A stretch of DNA of 63,481 bases, filler included, from Octopus bimaculoides (GCF_001194135.2; 7 parts of 5 records of this genome joined end to end with filler, not necessarily neighbours in it), one strand, 5' to 3'. Shown: positions 22,606-37,799, numbered from the whole stretch's first letter. Notes: a model not told the origin generated them from the letters alone. A program made the numbers and translations.

Positions 22606-23501
22606 AAAAGATGTGAATTCTATGCATCCCTTTCCTCCTTTAATATCAAATTCAAATTTCTAATCCCATCAAATATAATCGAAAAAGGATTATCTCCCCT
22701 GTAATACCTGCGACTAATAGGGGAACCGCACTTACAAAATACGGATCAATGAAACATAAATCTGATAGGGAATATGGGGAAGATTTAAGAACAGGACATT
22801 CTAAAGATGGATATTAAGATGGAAAATAATACAAGAATTATAAAAAACAAAAAACAAACAAAAAAAAAACAGTAGACGTTGTTAAAGGACCGACGAAAAT
22901 CCCCGCCGAAGATAACATTTAGAGATAAAATAGCAACAGAATAGGAAAACAATAACAAAAAATGCAGACCTGGCCATCACACAATTAATGAAAGCGGACA
23001 CCAAGTTAAACGGAATATTATATGAAACAACTACTGCAGTTACAAAGGAAATTGATTTCTCTTCTCGATCTACTCATATAAGAATAGCAAAACTTAAGCA
23101 AAGCAAATATACAGAAAAAAAAAGAAAACAAAAACATCTCAGCCTTTTATGAAATCAATAACAAAACGGCATATAACACTCACACGCACACACACGTAAT
23201 ATACATACACATGTGTAATACACACACACACACACACACACATGTATGTATATATATATATATATATATACATATGTATGTATGTATGTAGATATATATA
23301 TATATGTATATATATATGTATGTATAAATATAAATATATATATATATATATGTATATAAATATATATGTATGTATATATATATGTATATATGTATATATA
23401 TATGTATGTATATATATATATAGTTCAAAAAAACAATAACAAAAAAACAAAAAAACAACAAAGTGAGGACGTGATATGGATAGTATTATTGGACGCTCAG
23501 G

Positions 23502-23601
23502 NNNNNNNNNNNNNNNNNNNNNNNNNNNNNNNNNNNNNNNNNNNNTTAATTAATTAANNNNNNNNNNNNNNNNNNNNNNNNNNNNNNNNNNNNNNNNNNN
23601 N
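23502..23601. other. Artificial 100-nt assembly spacer N44-TTAATTAATTAA-N44 (the 12-mer recurs at 31196, 39909, 45082, 60608 and 62092)
   Basis: Six identical constructs. The 12-mer places stop codons in all six frames. Confidence 0.95.
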
Positions 23602-23859
23602 GAGAGAGAGAGAGAGAGATAACCCAACTGATGACCCTGTGAACGTGCAGTCGAACAGGTGAAACTCAAGAGGAACATGAGATAAAAATATTTGAAGAAA
23701 TTTTACTATGACATTGAGTACTCTCTCTTTCGAGAAGTTAACACAAAACGCGCGCGCGCGCGTATATATATATGTGTGTGTGTGTGTATGTGTGTGTGTG
23801 TGTGTGTACACACGCACACAAATATCTGAGACGTCTACATTTTTGTAATTTAACAACAC

Positions 23860-24625
23860 AGACGACAGTTGAATTCACTTCAAATTGATGAGGTGTCAAC
23901 ATTTTCGTCGCACAGTCGTAACTTGGTCATTGACATTTCTTCTTCAAACGATTGCAACCGAGTCACGTTTCACACGCTGCACCAGGAACCTCTGAACCAC
24001 ATTATTTTGATTGTATATATCTACCACGAGTGGTCTTCGTCTTCTATAAGGGTGAAGAAGTCTGGAAAATATACTATTCGGTATATCTTGGGTGTTCAGT
24101 GTCAAAAGCAGTGGTCAATAAAGCCTACTCCGCATTGAACAACAATAGTAGGAATTTGTTCATTAATATCCTCTTTGGTCACGAAATATTTTCAGCCTTC
24201 ATGAGAAGCCTGGTGTAATAACCACCAAGGCAATCTTGAACCTCCTTTTTCATAATCCAGGTTTCACCTCTCTACAGATGGCTGGACTTGTTGTCTTTTG
24301 TGAAGCCCGTTTACAGGTACCTGGATTTGTCTCTTGCGTGTCAAGATTTTCTTGCTTTCGGCAACATAGGACCGAAAGTAATAGCAGCCTAAGCTATTAA
24401 GTCGTATGTCATTATTGGAGCAAATTGGCAGGTAGCTTTCAGCTTCATTGGATAACAGACGGACCAAGGCTACAATATTATCAAGTCTTGCCCATTACGC
24501 AGTTGATGAACTCTAAACACAAGATCATTAGCATAGCCAAAGTGATAGAATTACAGGCTCTTCTAATGTCTTGCTTACTTCTGCCTGATGGTGAGGTATT
24601 TGTCTTGAATGGCGTCAAGGTTTTT
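23860..24625 (-). mobile_element. RTE-clade LINE reverse-transcriptase fragment, decayed
   Basis: Minus strand gives GYANDL (24521-24538; a decayed YADD motif), GETWIMKKEVQDCLGGYYTRLLMKAENIS (about 24185-24268) and DHCF downstream, all typical of RTE. Confidence 0.75.
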
Positions 24626-24699
24626 TTTTAAAGTAGTCTAGTATTGCAAAAAAAAAGCATGTTACACTGGAGGACATTTACTGCTGTTGGAAACTACTT

Positions 24700-24940
24700 A
24701 AAGGCGGCGAGCTGGCAGAATCGTTAGCACGCCGGGCGAAATGCTTAGCGGTATTTCGTCTGCCGTTACGTTCTGAGTTCAAATTCCGCCGAGGTCGACT
24801 TTGCCTTTCATACTTTCGGGGTCGATAAATTAAGTACCAGTTACGCACTGGGGTCGATGTAATCGACTTAAAGCCTTTGTCTGTTCTTGTTTGTTCCCTC
24901 TATGTTTAGCCCCTTGTGGGCAATAACGAAATAGGTATTT
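24700..24940 (+). mobile_element. SINE family A, full length, running into a second unit
   Basis: aaggcggcgagctggcagaatcgttagcacgccgggcg...gagttcaaattccgcc...gggcaataacgaaatag|gtattt. Confidence 0.9.
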
Positions 24941-25763
24941 NNNNNNNNNNNNNNNNNNNNNNNNNNNNNNNNNNNNNNNNNNNNNNNNNNNNNNNNNNNN
25001 NNNNNNNNNNNNNNNNNNNNNNNNNNNNNNNNNNNNNNNNNNNNNNNNNNNNNNNNNNNNNNNNNNNNNNNNNNNNNNNNNNNNNNNNNNNNNNNNNNNN
25101 NNNNNNNNNNNNNNNNNNNNNNNNNNNNNNNNNNNNNNNNNNNNNNNNNNNNNNNNNNNNNNNNNNNNNNNNNNNNNNNNNNNNNNNNNNNNNNNNNNNN
25201 NNNNNNNNNNNNNNNNNNNNNNNNNNNNNNNNNNNNNNNNNNNNNNNNNNNNNNNNNNNNNNNNNNNNNNNNNNNNNNNNNNNNNNNNNNNNNNNNNNNN
25301 NNNNNNNNNNNNNNNNNNNNNNNNNNNNNNNNNNNNNNNNNNNNNNNNNNNNNNNNNNNNNNNNNNNNNNNNNNNNNNNNNNNNNNNNNNNNNNNNNNNN
25401 NNNNNNNNNNNNNNNNNNNNNNNNNNNNNNNNNNNNNNNNNNNNNNNNNNNNNNNNNNNNNNNNNNNNNNNNNNNNNNNNNNNNNNNNNNNNNNNNNNNN
25501 NNNNNNNNNNNNNNNNNNNNNNNNNNNNNNNNNNNNNNNNNNNNNNNNNNNNNNNNNNNNNNNNNNNNNNNNNNNNNNNNNNNNNNNNNNNNNNNNNNNN
25601 NNNNNNNNNNNNNNNNNNNNNNNNNNNNNNNNNNNNNNNNNNNNNNNNNNNNNNNNNNNNNNNNNNNNNNNNNNNNNNNNNNNNNNNNNNNNNNNNNNNN
25701 NNNNNNNNNNNNNNNNNNNNNNNNNNNNNNNNNNNNNNNNNNNNNNNNNNNNNNNNNNNNNNN

Positions 25764-25950
25764 NATATATATATATATATATATACACGACGGGCTTCTT
25801 TCAGTTTCCGTCTACCAAATCCACTCACAAGGCTTTGGTTGGCTCGAGGCTATAGTAGAAGACACTTGTCCAAGGTGTCACGCAGTGGGAATGAACCCGG
25901 AACCATGTGGTTGGTAAGCAAGCTACTTACCACACAGCCACTCCTGCGCC
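25764..25950 (-). mobile_element. SINE family B, 5' half
   Basis: Reverse complement of ggagtggctgtgtggtaagtagcttgcttaccaaccacatggttccgggttc. Confidence 0.85.
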
Positions 25951-26277
25951 TACTTACTGTGGAGGAAAACCACTGACTAGCGTTCAATTGCCTGATTTCA
26001 ACACTTCATGTTGATTTTTGGCAAACAGAACTACGCAACGCTGATTCTTTCTATACCCTGTGATGTCTTTAACAGAAATTCACCTTGCACAGAAGACAAA
26101 AAAATGCACCACATTTATCAATATTTATCGACATTTGTCGAGGAGACCAAAACAAGTAAAGCTGGTTATCTCTCTTTCAGAAGAATAGCACCAGAAAGTG
26201 AAGCACTCTAAAAAGTTTTGTTTCGATTGCTTGAAATTAACTGCTGATGGAGAGTTTTCTACTGTACGCTCATAACC

Positions 26278-26345
26278 AAAGCATTTAATGGTTGAGCACT
26301 TGACCGGTAATCAAAGGGATGCGAGTTCGATTCTCATGGCTGGTT
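26278..26345 (+). pseudogene. tRNA-like sequence (pseudo-tRNA or SINE head, Thr-like anticodon loop)
   Basis: A-box-like AATGGTTGAGCAC, anticodon arm cttgaccGGTaatcaaag and B-box GAGTTCGATTC at 26323-26333. The acceptor stem does not pair well. Confidence 0.45.
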
Positions 26346-26479
26346 GCTGGCAGGTTTTTCTACTCTGTAATGGATAGTATCATGTATATACTGTTATATC
26401 AGTATTTTAGGCGTTGAAAAATATATCTTTCTACTTGTACTACAATACATTTCAGCGCTTCAAAAACAAACCTAAGTTT

Positions 26480-26522
<43 letters not shown>

Positions 26523-26607
26523 NNNNNNNNNNNNNNNNGCGTTGAAAAATATATCTTTCTACTTGTACTACAATACATTTCAGCGCTTCAAAAACAAACC
26601 TAAGTTT

Positions 26608-26641
<34 letters not shown>

Positions 26642-26732
26642 CACACACATACATATATGTATACATCTGCATGCATATATGAATCAGCATACATACAAAT
26701 ACGTTTGTATATGCACTCACACACACTCACGT

Positions 26733-26782
<50 letters not shown>

Positions 26783-27689
26783 TGTTAGAGAGAGAGAGAG
26801 AGAGAGAGTCCCTGTGTCTGTGTGCATTGTCTTTTCATGCTTATGTGTGAGAATAGTTACATCATGCATTAACCCACATCCGGTTACAGCTTTCAGTTCA
26901 AATGGTTTTGGCAACGACGTTTAATGTTTGGGCTTAAATAAGTCAATCTTAACCGACTAAAACTACTCTCCTTTTGTTTTTATAGTTATTCGGTAGACCA
27001 AGTCGTCCCTAAACCTTAAACACTCCGGAACACCCTCCACCAGTATTATCTGTAACAATTTTCCCTCTGGGGAATTGAAATTCATAAATACCATTCTGTA
27101 TGATTATAATTGTTATAAATCCGCTTTTGTATATGTTAAGTGGCTTTTTTTTCTCTGTCTCAAGAGCAAATATGTTTCATAACTATAGGCATATCTGGAT
27201 TACGGTAGATAGGGTAGATTCATACATAATTTGCACGCACGCACGCGTGCACTTAGATTAATGCTTACATAAATAAATACATACATACATACATACGGAT
27301 ATATATACGCCAAACATATAAACACACGTACATATGCACACATGTATATATATATATATATATATAACACATACATGTGTGTTATATACATACAAATGCA
27401 CGTTTATACATATATATTAATACTAATGCATAAATATTTACATACACAAACTCCACACATAATACGGGTTTCTTTCAGTTTCCGTCAACGAAATCCACTC
27501 ACAAGGCTTTGGTCAGTAAGTTTTTACCAGAGGTTCTTGAAATAGTCTTAAAAATCGGATTGGCACAAATATTTTTGGTGAAGTCCATGTCCGTCGGTTT
27601 TCCTTCAAAATTTTTTTATATTCTTTTATATAATTAATAAGTTTTAATTAAGGAAAATCTTTCTTCAAACACACACGTACACACATGAT

Positions 27690-27835
27690 AGGCTTCTTTC
27701 AGTTTCCGTCTACCAAATCTACTAACAAGGCTTTGGTCGGTTCGAGGCTGCAGTAGAAGACACTTGCCCAAGGCGCCACGCAGTGTGATTGAACCTAGAA
27801 CCAAGTGGTGGGGAAGCAAGCTTCTTACCACTCAC
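27690..27835 (-). mobile_element. SINE family B, 5' half
   Basis: ttctttcagtttccgtctaccaaatc...gaagacacttgcccaaggcgccacgcag. Confidence 0.8.
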
Positions 27836-30430
27836 CAATAATAATAATAATAATAATAATGATACATCTTTATAAATCTGACCCGCGCACTTTTGGTTAG
27901 AGACTTGTTCTGTGCTGTCTCCAGTGTGGGAATTGACGCAATTACAGAGTGGAAGAGGTATTGTAGCCATTTAAGGACATATAAAAAAGTGACATATTTA
28001 CTTTCCGTATATATCTTGAAATATCAAAATTTTCGCGGCAGTTCTGCGACCTTGTCAATGACACTATTTCGTTGCATCTCTCTCTCTATATATACATGCA
28101 TATATATATATACATGCATATATACACATATATCGTTATACCTCTAATAACTTACAATACCAGCGGCTGTTGTAGCTGTCGTAGTAGTTTAGGACACCAC
28201 ATGCCGGGCATGCCCGTGTTCGGTACCTATATTATTAATACTTAATTTATGACATCTATTTTTCTATTTCTTCAGACGTCATGAATATTTAAATTTATGT
28301 GAGATAAAGAGTTATTACAGTATCTCACATAAATTAGCATGTATAAAATTATTTGCATATTTAAATAAAATTTATGGAAAATTTAGGTGAATAGTCAATA
28401 GCTATTCACTCTCAATTTCCTCTTTCATCAAACACATATATTTACTCTGCATTTAACCAGTTCTTTTGCATTCTGATGAATTCAAAATTCGAAAGAAACA
28501 CGACTAGTCCTGTATGTATGTATGTATGTATGTATATATATAAAGTTAAATTTTCTTATAAAGTATGTTTTTAAGTATACTTTACAATATATGGACTGTA
28601 GCAAGAGAAACTATAGAAGGAAACATCTAGGTAACCAATTCAAATTCCAAAGCGTAATTTAAAGCAACACAAATAAATATACATATAAATTTACATAAAA
28701 TTATAATTTAGGGTATCTAAGAGACATCACCACGCTGAAAATAGTAGTCAAAGCTTGACTCTAAAACCACAATAAATGTTCATATAGCACGAGGAGAGAA
28801 GACGAAGAGACAAAATAAACTAGCAAAAATTACTGGATAANNNNNNNNNNNNNNNNNNNNNNNNNNNNNNNNNNNNNNNNNNNNNNNNNNNNNNNNNNNN
28901 NNNNNNNNNNNNNNNNNNNNNNNNNNNNNNNNNNNNNNNNNNNNNNNNNNNNNNNNNNNNNNNNNNNNNNNNNNNNNNNNNNNNNNNNNNNNNNNNNNNN
29001 NNNNNNNNNNNNNNNNNNNNNNNNNNNNNNNNNNNNNNNNNNNNNNNNNNNNNNNNNNNNNNNNNNNNNNNNNNNNNNNNNNNNNNNNNNNNNNNNNNNN
29101 NNNNNNNNNNNNNNNNNNNNNNNNNNNNNNNNNNNNNNNNNNNNNNNNNNNNNNNNNNNNNNNNNNNNNNNNNNNNNNNNNNNNNNNNNNNNNNNNNNNN
29201 NNNNNNNNNNNNNNNNNNNNNNNNNNNNNNNNNNNNNNNNNNNNNNNNNNNNNNNNNNNNNNNNNNNNNNNNNNNNNNNNNNNNNNNNNNNNNNNNNNNN
29301 NNNNNNNNNNNNNNNNNNNNNNNNNNNNNNNNNNNNNNNNNNNNNNNNNNNNNNNNNNNNNNNNNNNNNAATGACGGGGACGTAAACACTCAAACATCGG
29401 TTGTCAAATGATGGTGGGGGACAAACACAAACACACACATTCATATATATAGTTTCCGTCTACCACATATAGTATAATTATAAACAGGGCAAATTTTAGC
29501 CATTTCTCCGCAGACTGAGAAAAAAATGATGTACAACATTAATCGAATTTCGAACCTCATTAGGTTCTCATCAAAGGCATCCACATCATTAAGACGGCCA
29601 AACTGCTTATATACTCAACAAATGCAGCAGTTACTCTATGACGGAATCCCTAATTTGCATACCGAAAGTATTCAACACTCTATAAACCAGTGATACTGAA
29701 GGTGAGGTGTGCAGGTCAGAGTCGAGTTGCACAAAATATCTTCTAGAAAGCCAAGGTGACACTTGTACGTGTAAAAAAAAAAAGCTTTATGCATATTAAT
29801 CGCGAATTTTTTCACGTTCATGCCATTTAACTCGATTTNNNNNNNNNNNNNNNNNNNNNNNNNNNNNNNNNNNNNNNNNNNNNNNNNNNNNNNNNNNNNN
29901 NNNNNNNNNNNNNNNNNNNNNNNNNNNNNNNNNNNNNNNNNNNNNNNNNNNNNNNNNNNNNNNNNNNNNNNNNNNNNNNNNNNNNNNNNNNNNNNNNNNN
30001 NNNNNNNNNNNNNNNNNNNNNNNNNNNNNNNNNNNNNNNNNNNNNNNNNNNNNNNNNNNNNNNNNNNNNNNNNNNNNNNNNNNNNNNNNNNNNNNNNNNN
30101 NNNNNNNNNNNNNNNNNNNNNNNNNNNNNNNNNNNNNNNNNNNNNNNNNNNNNNNNNNNNNNNNNNNNNNNNNNNNNNNNNNNNNNNNNNNNNNNNNNNN
30201 NNNNNNNNNNNNNNNNNNNNNNNNNNNNNNNNNNNNNNNNNNNNNNNNNNNNNNNNNNNNNNNNNNNNNNNNNNNNNNNNNNNNNNNNNNNNNNNNNNNN
30301 NNNNNNNNNNNNNNNNNNNNNNNNNNNNAAATACCGATTTCTTTATTACCCATAAAGGGCTATACAAAGAATTTTTAAGACATAACAAAACATAAAGACA
30401 GTACAAAACGCAAACATAAAATCAGGGTAA

Positions 30431-31151
30431 TTAAAATAAAATGATAATATGCAAAAATGAAAAAAATGAGGCGCAATGTCCACTCGATCCCCGAAGTCGG
30501 GTGGTTACATTTATCCAGTTTTTCACTTTTACGTTCAACGTCATGTAAATATTTTCACCAAGTTTTTTTATGCACTCGAAGCATCTTTCCTCACGTGTCA
30601 AAATGCATTTCTCTGGCATTTTCACTCTTATTATTTCTTCTANNNNNNNNNNCTCTGGCATTTTCACTCTTATTATTTCTTCTAACCTCTCGACTTTTCT
30701 CTCCATCTGCTCGCAATTCTCGTACTCTATCAAAAACCCCTTGTATTTCACATCTTTATCCGTTCTCTCCTCCTATTCTTGTACATTATTAGTTTCTGGC
30801 TTTTTTAAAATCTCGTTTTTGTTTTCTGTTGACCGTTCCTTTGACTTATTTTTCCTTCGCTTTTTAGGGTTAGTAGCGCCATTTTTGTTCTTCTCCTTTG
30901 TTTTCTCTGTTTCACACTTCTGTCTCTCTTTTATTTCTTCAGTGTGATCTACAATTCTTTCCTCCTCTATTTGTGCTTTCTCTTGCTGTGGCTGTGTGAA
31001 CTCATATAGGGGGCATTTGGTCTTCATATGACCTCTCTCCCCGCATATATAACAATTTGGTTTTTTTCCCTCGACTACGACATTTAACGTTTTCTCGTCC
31101 TCCACTTCTATCTGGTAGGGGATTCTTTCTATGTCCTCGAATGTGGCAAAA
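30431..31151 (-). mobile_element. LINE ORF1/gag-like fragment with a CCHC zinc knuckle, cut by an assembly join
   Basis: LNVVVEGKKPNCYICGERGHMKTKCP (CX2CX4HX4C), followed by a charged low-complexity region. Confidence 0.75.
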
Positions 31152-31251
31152 NNNNNNNNNNNNNNNNNNNNNNNNNNNNNNNNNNNNNNNNNNNNTTAAT
31201 TAATTAANNNNNNNNNNNNNNNNNNNNNNNNNNNNNNNNNNNNNNNNNNNN

Positions 31252-31286
<35 letters not shown>

Positions 31287-31950
31287 TATATGCATATATA
31301 TATATATACATATATAAAATATATTTATATACGGAAGATATATGCGTGTGTGTATTTGTGCGTATATCTGATTATAAGTGTATGCATCGTGTGTGTTTAG
31401 GAAGAGATGTTAATGTACCAATAGATAAAACTGATTCCCTCCTTACCTTGAAGCTTATAGAATGCGGATATATAATAAAAAGAGAAAAATAAAAGGATAA
31501 ATTGGAGCATGGCTTTAGAAATGGTTTCTTTAAAAGCATCATTCAAACACTGAAGAACCTAGTAGTTTCCTTTGCAGTGAATGGTTTCTTGATATGAAAG
31601 TGTTTTAGTAACATTTTCTTCTAGGCTTTTTCTCCTTCAAACAGACATAAACTTAAACCCACCCACATACATTCAGGTTCAGGTATATGTGTGTAAACGT
31701 GCGTGTGCGCTTCCGTGCTTCCATAGTTACGTACACACAAACAAACGCACACACTCACATGCGAACGCATATATGTATATATAAGAAGAAAAAGAGACAG
31801 AGAGAGATTATGTCGTATCTATGTGTATATGCATGTAGCATAAACATGCATATATGCATGTATGCACATAAATGTAGATATATAAGCACATATATAGATA
31901 TATATACAGATAGATATACATACATATATATGTACATATCTATACATATG

Positions 31951-32009
<59 letters not shown>

Positions 32010-32222
32010 NNNNNNNNNNCACACACTCACATGCGAACGCATATATGTATATATAAGAAGAAAAAGAGACAGAGAGAGATTATGTCGTATCTATGTGTAT
32101 ATGCATGTAGCATAAACATGCATATATGCATGTATGCACATAAATGTAGATATATAAGCACATATATAGATATATATACAGATAGATATACATACATATA
32201 TATGTACATATCTATACATATG

Positions 32223-32254
<32 letters not shown>

Positions 32255-34724
32255 TATATAGATATATATATATAATATATATGTATGTAGGTATGTATAT
32301 ACAAGCAAACGTAATCTTTCATCAACTGAATGTTCTTTGTAATAAGCATGAAGGAATAGCAGAAAGCTTTGAAAATTCTTTGTCTTTGAGATATAATGCA
32401 GACAATCGTCGTGAAAATCTATACTATTGATTTTCTGCGGGGCTAAAATCAGGAAAAATCACGATCTATCAGAAATCTATTTCTTGTGAAATTCTAAATC
32501 AACATAAAAGAAGGAAATATGTTTTTTTTAGAAACCATTGTATATATAGAGTGTGCCAAGAGAAGCAACACCCCAAAATCTTTAATACTTCATTAAATTT
32601 GACCCATGTCCAATTTTTTCCTGTGATTTCACGTGTCATCCATTTCTGTTTCTCCTTCTAAGCATAACATTGATCTTAAATTTCACGCTTTTTGCCTCCA
32701 TATTTAACATATTTAACATTGCTATATATCTAGTTTAAGTAGAGAAATGACAGGTGGCAAAAGGATAAAGGTTATAGCGCGGCAGGGTTGTTAATATCGC
32801 TTAACGAAATTCTATGAGGTATTTAGTTACTTAATGTTTATCTGGTGGAAGAAAATATTGCTGTATTTATCCCTGGTTTGACAATAAAACTATATTTTAC
32901 AAATTGACCTTGAATTAGCAGACCTATGATCAAAGATTTTGTTGCTGTGATCATTCTCTGAATCTACTGTTAGGCTGTCTGAGAATTATTTCTTGTCTCC
33001 TGCATTTGTTACATACATGTGAAGTTTGCGAGGGTGAGCAGAAATCATTTTACTCAACTTCATATTATACTCGAAAGTTAAAGGTGACTTACATTGGAAG
33101 CTGTTAGCCAATATTCTACAGAGAAGTTAGATCTAGCAAGGTACAAAAGAAGTGATCATCAATACTGACCATACAGACATAATCAAATGATTTGTAAGCC
33201 GCGATGAACGTGCAATATCAAGATAGACTTAGGATTATTTCATGAAACTTGTTCTTCGTCCTTGAAGACAGTAGAGTATGATCTGAGAGAGATTTGGCTG
33301 ACTTCTCAAACAAGTTAAATAATCGCAAATATGTTCCAGACCAGAAAAGTTGAATGTTCTCCATGAGAAGTTTTGTACCTTGGATATGTTATTGTGGTAG
33401 GAAATGTCATAGTTACGATACTTTGCGTATTTAATGTGCGTCATTCTAAACATGTTGCTTTTTTGATTTAGTGCGGGGTGGGGATCTTATATTGAGAACA
33501 TATAATGTGGTGTATGTTGTTAAGACATATAGGTGGGTATGTGAGGCACAGTATGGTAATCTGCATATTTAGTGCGAGATATAGTATCGTAACCCGTATA
33601 TGTGAATGATATAAGGTGTGAGGTAATCGAGAGATGTTACGAGAGCTATAGTCTTGTAACAAACTTATTTTGAGTTTATATAGTCTTGCAGCTATGACAT
33701 TATATTGTCTAAAGTATCGTTATAGTGCAAGGAATTTTATGACTCGGGAATGCCTATATATAGAGAGAGTCATACATTGCTATAATTTGTGTAAACTACT
33801 TCAGGTGTGAACTCATGTCCTATACTATGGTAAAATATTCCAGTTTCCACATCAATTTCATATCTAAGCGGCGTTTTCTCGTAATCGCTTATTTAGTGCA
33901 AATATGCGTATGTGTGTTTGTGTGAGAGAGTTAATTTAATGAAAATTATTTTTAAAATTATTGTAGGAATTATTAAAATGTTGTTGATATCAAGTCAAAT
34001 ATCTTCAAAAGTATTTCTATTAGAAACGCTGTATTTTATTTTATTTTTGTAACTGTGACATCTTAATCCGGTCGTGAGTTCAAGTTAAAATGTTACCTTT
34101 GAAACGGAAGACAAAGTAATTGTCTGTATATGGTAATAGAGGAACAAAGGCTGAAGAATTTTCAATTTGGTTTCAGAGTAAACAAACGTGAAGGCTTTGT
34201 TCTCCCATAGAGCAAATATAGGCATCCATCAACAACTCCATCACCGCAATGGTCATCAGCATCATCATCATCTTCATCATCATTGTTACAATTGTACGTG
34301 TATATGTGTGTTATTTGTAACTGTTGTATAATAGTATGTGTATGGTGTATTGATGAATTTAGTAACTGTTCAACAAATATTTACATGCTCACTTTAATGC
34401 AGTTCTGTGCATATTCGAGTATGTGCGAACGTTCCCCCTTTTCGTTTGTATATGTTTGCATAGATGTGTGCTTAAAAACTTTGCAATATATACTATTATG
34501 CATATAATTTTATATATGTGTGCAAAATGTGGTTTTAATCTTAGCCATAATGAAATTTAGAATATGAAAATAAACGTGTCTGTATGAATTTTGATGCGTT
34601 TGTCAACATACGAGTTTTTAGATTTTGTGTGTGTCCATGTCTATGCATGAGTATGTATTTATATGAGTGTTTATATACTCATGCATGTGACGATGTATTT
34701 ATATATGTGCATTTTGTATGTGTC

Positions 34725-34775
<51 letters not shown>

Positions 34776-36187
34776 GTGTGTGTGTGTGTGTGTGTGTATG
34801 ATGATGTATTTATATATGTGTGTTTAAGTGTCTGTATATTGATTTAATTTTTTTATATCTATATATAAGATGTAGATATTATATATTAACTTCTTATGAA
34901 ACTATCATTTTCCTAGGAAATTAATAGTACAGAATAGTGTGGGTATATGTGTAATAATATATGTATGTGTAATCATATATGTGTGTATACAGGCATGAAT
35001 TTTCTGTACCTATCTATGTAAATGTGTGTGATGGTGTGATAATATTTACGATGAGTGAGCACATATGAAAAATTATTTTGTACGTAGTAATATGTATGTA
35101 TTTTAAGCTCATTGACATACATAAAAGTAGATTATATTCAACTTCGCAATAAAAATATATCTAGCGCTCTTACAATTCTTTCTGTAAGAAAAACTTTTAA
35201 TAAATACCCCTTCATGTGTACAACATATGTGCGTATTATGCACGTATGTTACCGTGTGTTCTCGTGTACATGCGTTATGCTAATATGTACACATATTTAT
35301 ATATATATATATATATATATATNNNNNNNNNNNNNNNNNNNNNNNNNNNNNNNNNNNNNNNNNNNNNNNNNNNNNNNNNNNNNNNNNNNNNNNNNNNNNN
35401 NNNNNNNNNNNNNNNNNNNNNNNNNNNNNNNNNNNNNNNNNNNNNNNNNNNNNNNNNNNNNNNNNNNNNNNNNNNNNNNNNNNNNNNNNNNNNNNNNNNN
35501 NNNNNNNNNNNNNNNNNNNNNNNNNNNNNNNNNNNNNNNNNNNNNNNNNNNNNNNNNNNNNNNNNNNNNNNNNNNNNNNNNNNNNNNNNNNNNNNNNNNN
35601 NNNNNNNNNNNNNNNNNNNNNNNNNNNNNNNNNNNNNNNNNNNNNNNNNNNNNNNNNNNNNNNNNNNNNNNNNNNNNNNNNNNNNNNNNNNNNNNNNNNN
35701 NNNNNNNNNNNNNNNNNGCGTGTGTGTGTGTGCGTGTGTGTGTGTGGTTGTGTGTGTGTGTGTGCGTAATGAAATCAATTGTTGATTGCTTTCAAACATA
35801 ATTGTGTCTTTTTGTTATCAATTAGTTTTACACTCCAGTTGTTAACCAAGCACCAATTTCTTATGATGGTGGCAGTTATCTTTTAGCATTAAGCAAAGAC
35901 ACTTCTCTCTTACCTAATATCTTTGCCAAGCTCATTAGAATTTAAAGAGAAAAAAATTTTCAAAGCCAGAATCAAAACATAAACATAGTAAATAAAAAAC
36001 AGCAAAAACGGAAAACAAAAGTTAATTTAATTGAATTAGAAAAATATCGTTTCTCTTTGTTATATTTATAATTTATTTATTTCATGTTCATGTGTTTTAT
36101 TGCTATCGTCATTTATTGTCTTGCTGCTGACGCTGCTACTGCTGCTACTGTTATTTCTGTGTTGTTGTTTACTTTGTTGTTCATCTC

Positions 36188-36720
<533 letters not shown>

Positions 36721-36939
36721 ACAGCATCCTAATCGTTTGCAGTAGCCGTGTATGATGGTGCGGCGGAAGATCACAGTTTATTTCATTAAATATGTGAAGA
36801 GTTTAATTCTGAGTGTTTTATCGCTTATGCGTTGTTATCATCGAGTGGTTATTTGATTTCTTTTTCTTGATTATTTCGTTTTCTTCAGTCTTCTCAAAAG
36901 TTTTTAGCGTAGGAGTAAATATATATATATATATATGTC

Positions 36940-36998
<59 letters not shown>

Positions 36999-37799
36999 AT
37001 AAATAAAGCAATTAACTTATTTCTAGACATCATTTTTATTCTTTCTTTCTTCCTTTTTTTTTTTTGTTTCAAAATATTTAAAAATATTTCTGCAGCGTCG
37101 TAATAATCTCCTGTCCTCTTCCTCCGCATCGCTGTCATCATCATTGTTATCAACATCATCATCATCATCATCGTCATCATTTTAACTGCCATCATCTTTG
37201 TCATCATCGTCATCATCGACGATGTATCATAATGGGTTTTTTCCTTCATTCCATCATTAGTATCTTTATATTTTTTGTTTTCATATTTTTTCTATGTAAG
37301 AAAAAATATCCCATTTTATTTATGTTCTTTTAAATAAATATTTACGTTTATAAGTTGTTTTTCAATTATAGTCATTTCACTATAAAGTTTTCCCATTCAA
37401 GTTCTTGTACATATACACACATCGATGAATACTTAGATATACTTAGGCACATATGCACATTCACTGACATATCTGCATCTATGAACGAACTTGTACAGAT
37501 GCATAGGTAATGGTGTACACACAATCATATATATATATATATGTATGTGTGTGTATGTGCATATGTGTGTGTAAATACACACACGCAAATAAAAACAAGT
37601 TTAAATACATTGTAAATATGTTGATACATACAAAGACAAACATACACGCGCACACTCACAAAAGGCAATCATCGCAGGCATGTTATAAACATATTGTTTT
37701 TTTCTTAAGCAAAAGTGTTTTGACTCATTAATGAAGATTTGTAGTAGAATTTTCTGAAGATTTGGAACGGCAAATATATATATATATATAGATAGATAA

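Noticed and set aside
23546-23557. TTAATTAATTAA recurring six times at irregular spacing
   Set aside because: It is always centred in exactly 44+44 N and has stops in all six frames. It is an assembly linker, not a biological repeat.
26278-26345. Functional tRNA-Thr gene
   Set aside because: The acceptor stem does not pair and there is no clear Pol III terminator. Treated as a pseudo-tRNA or SINE head.
26409-26640. Direct duplication of about 100 bp around a short gap (similar cases at 30611-30684 and 31743-32260)
   Set aside because: Identical sequence on both sides of N runs is typical of unmerged contig overlaps, so it is likely an assembly artefact.
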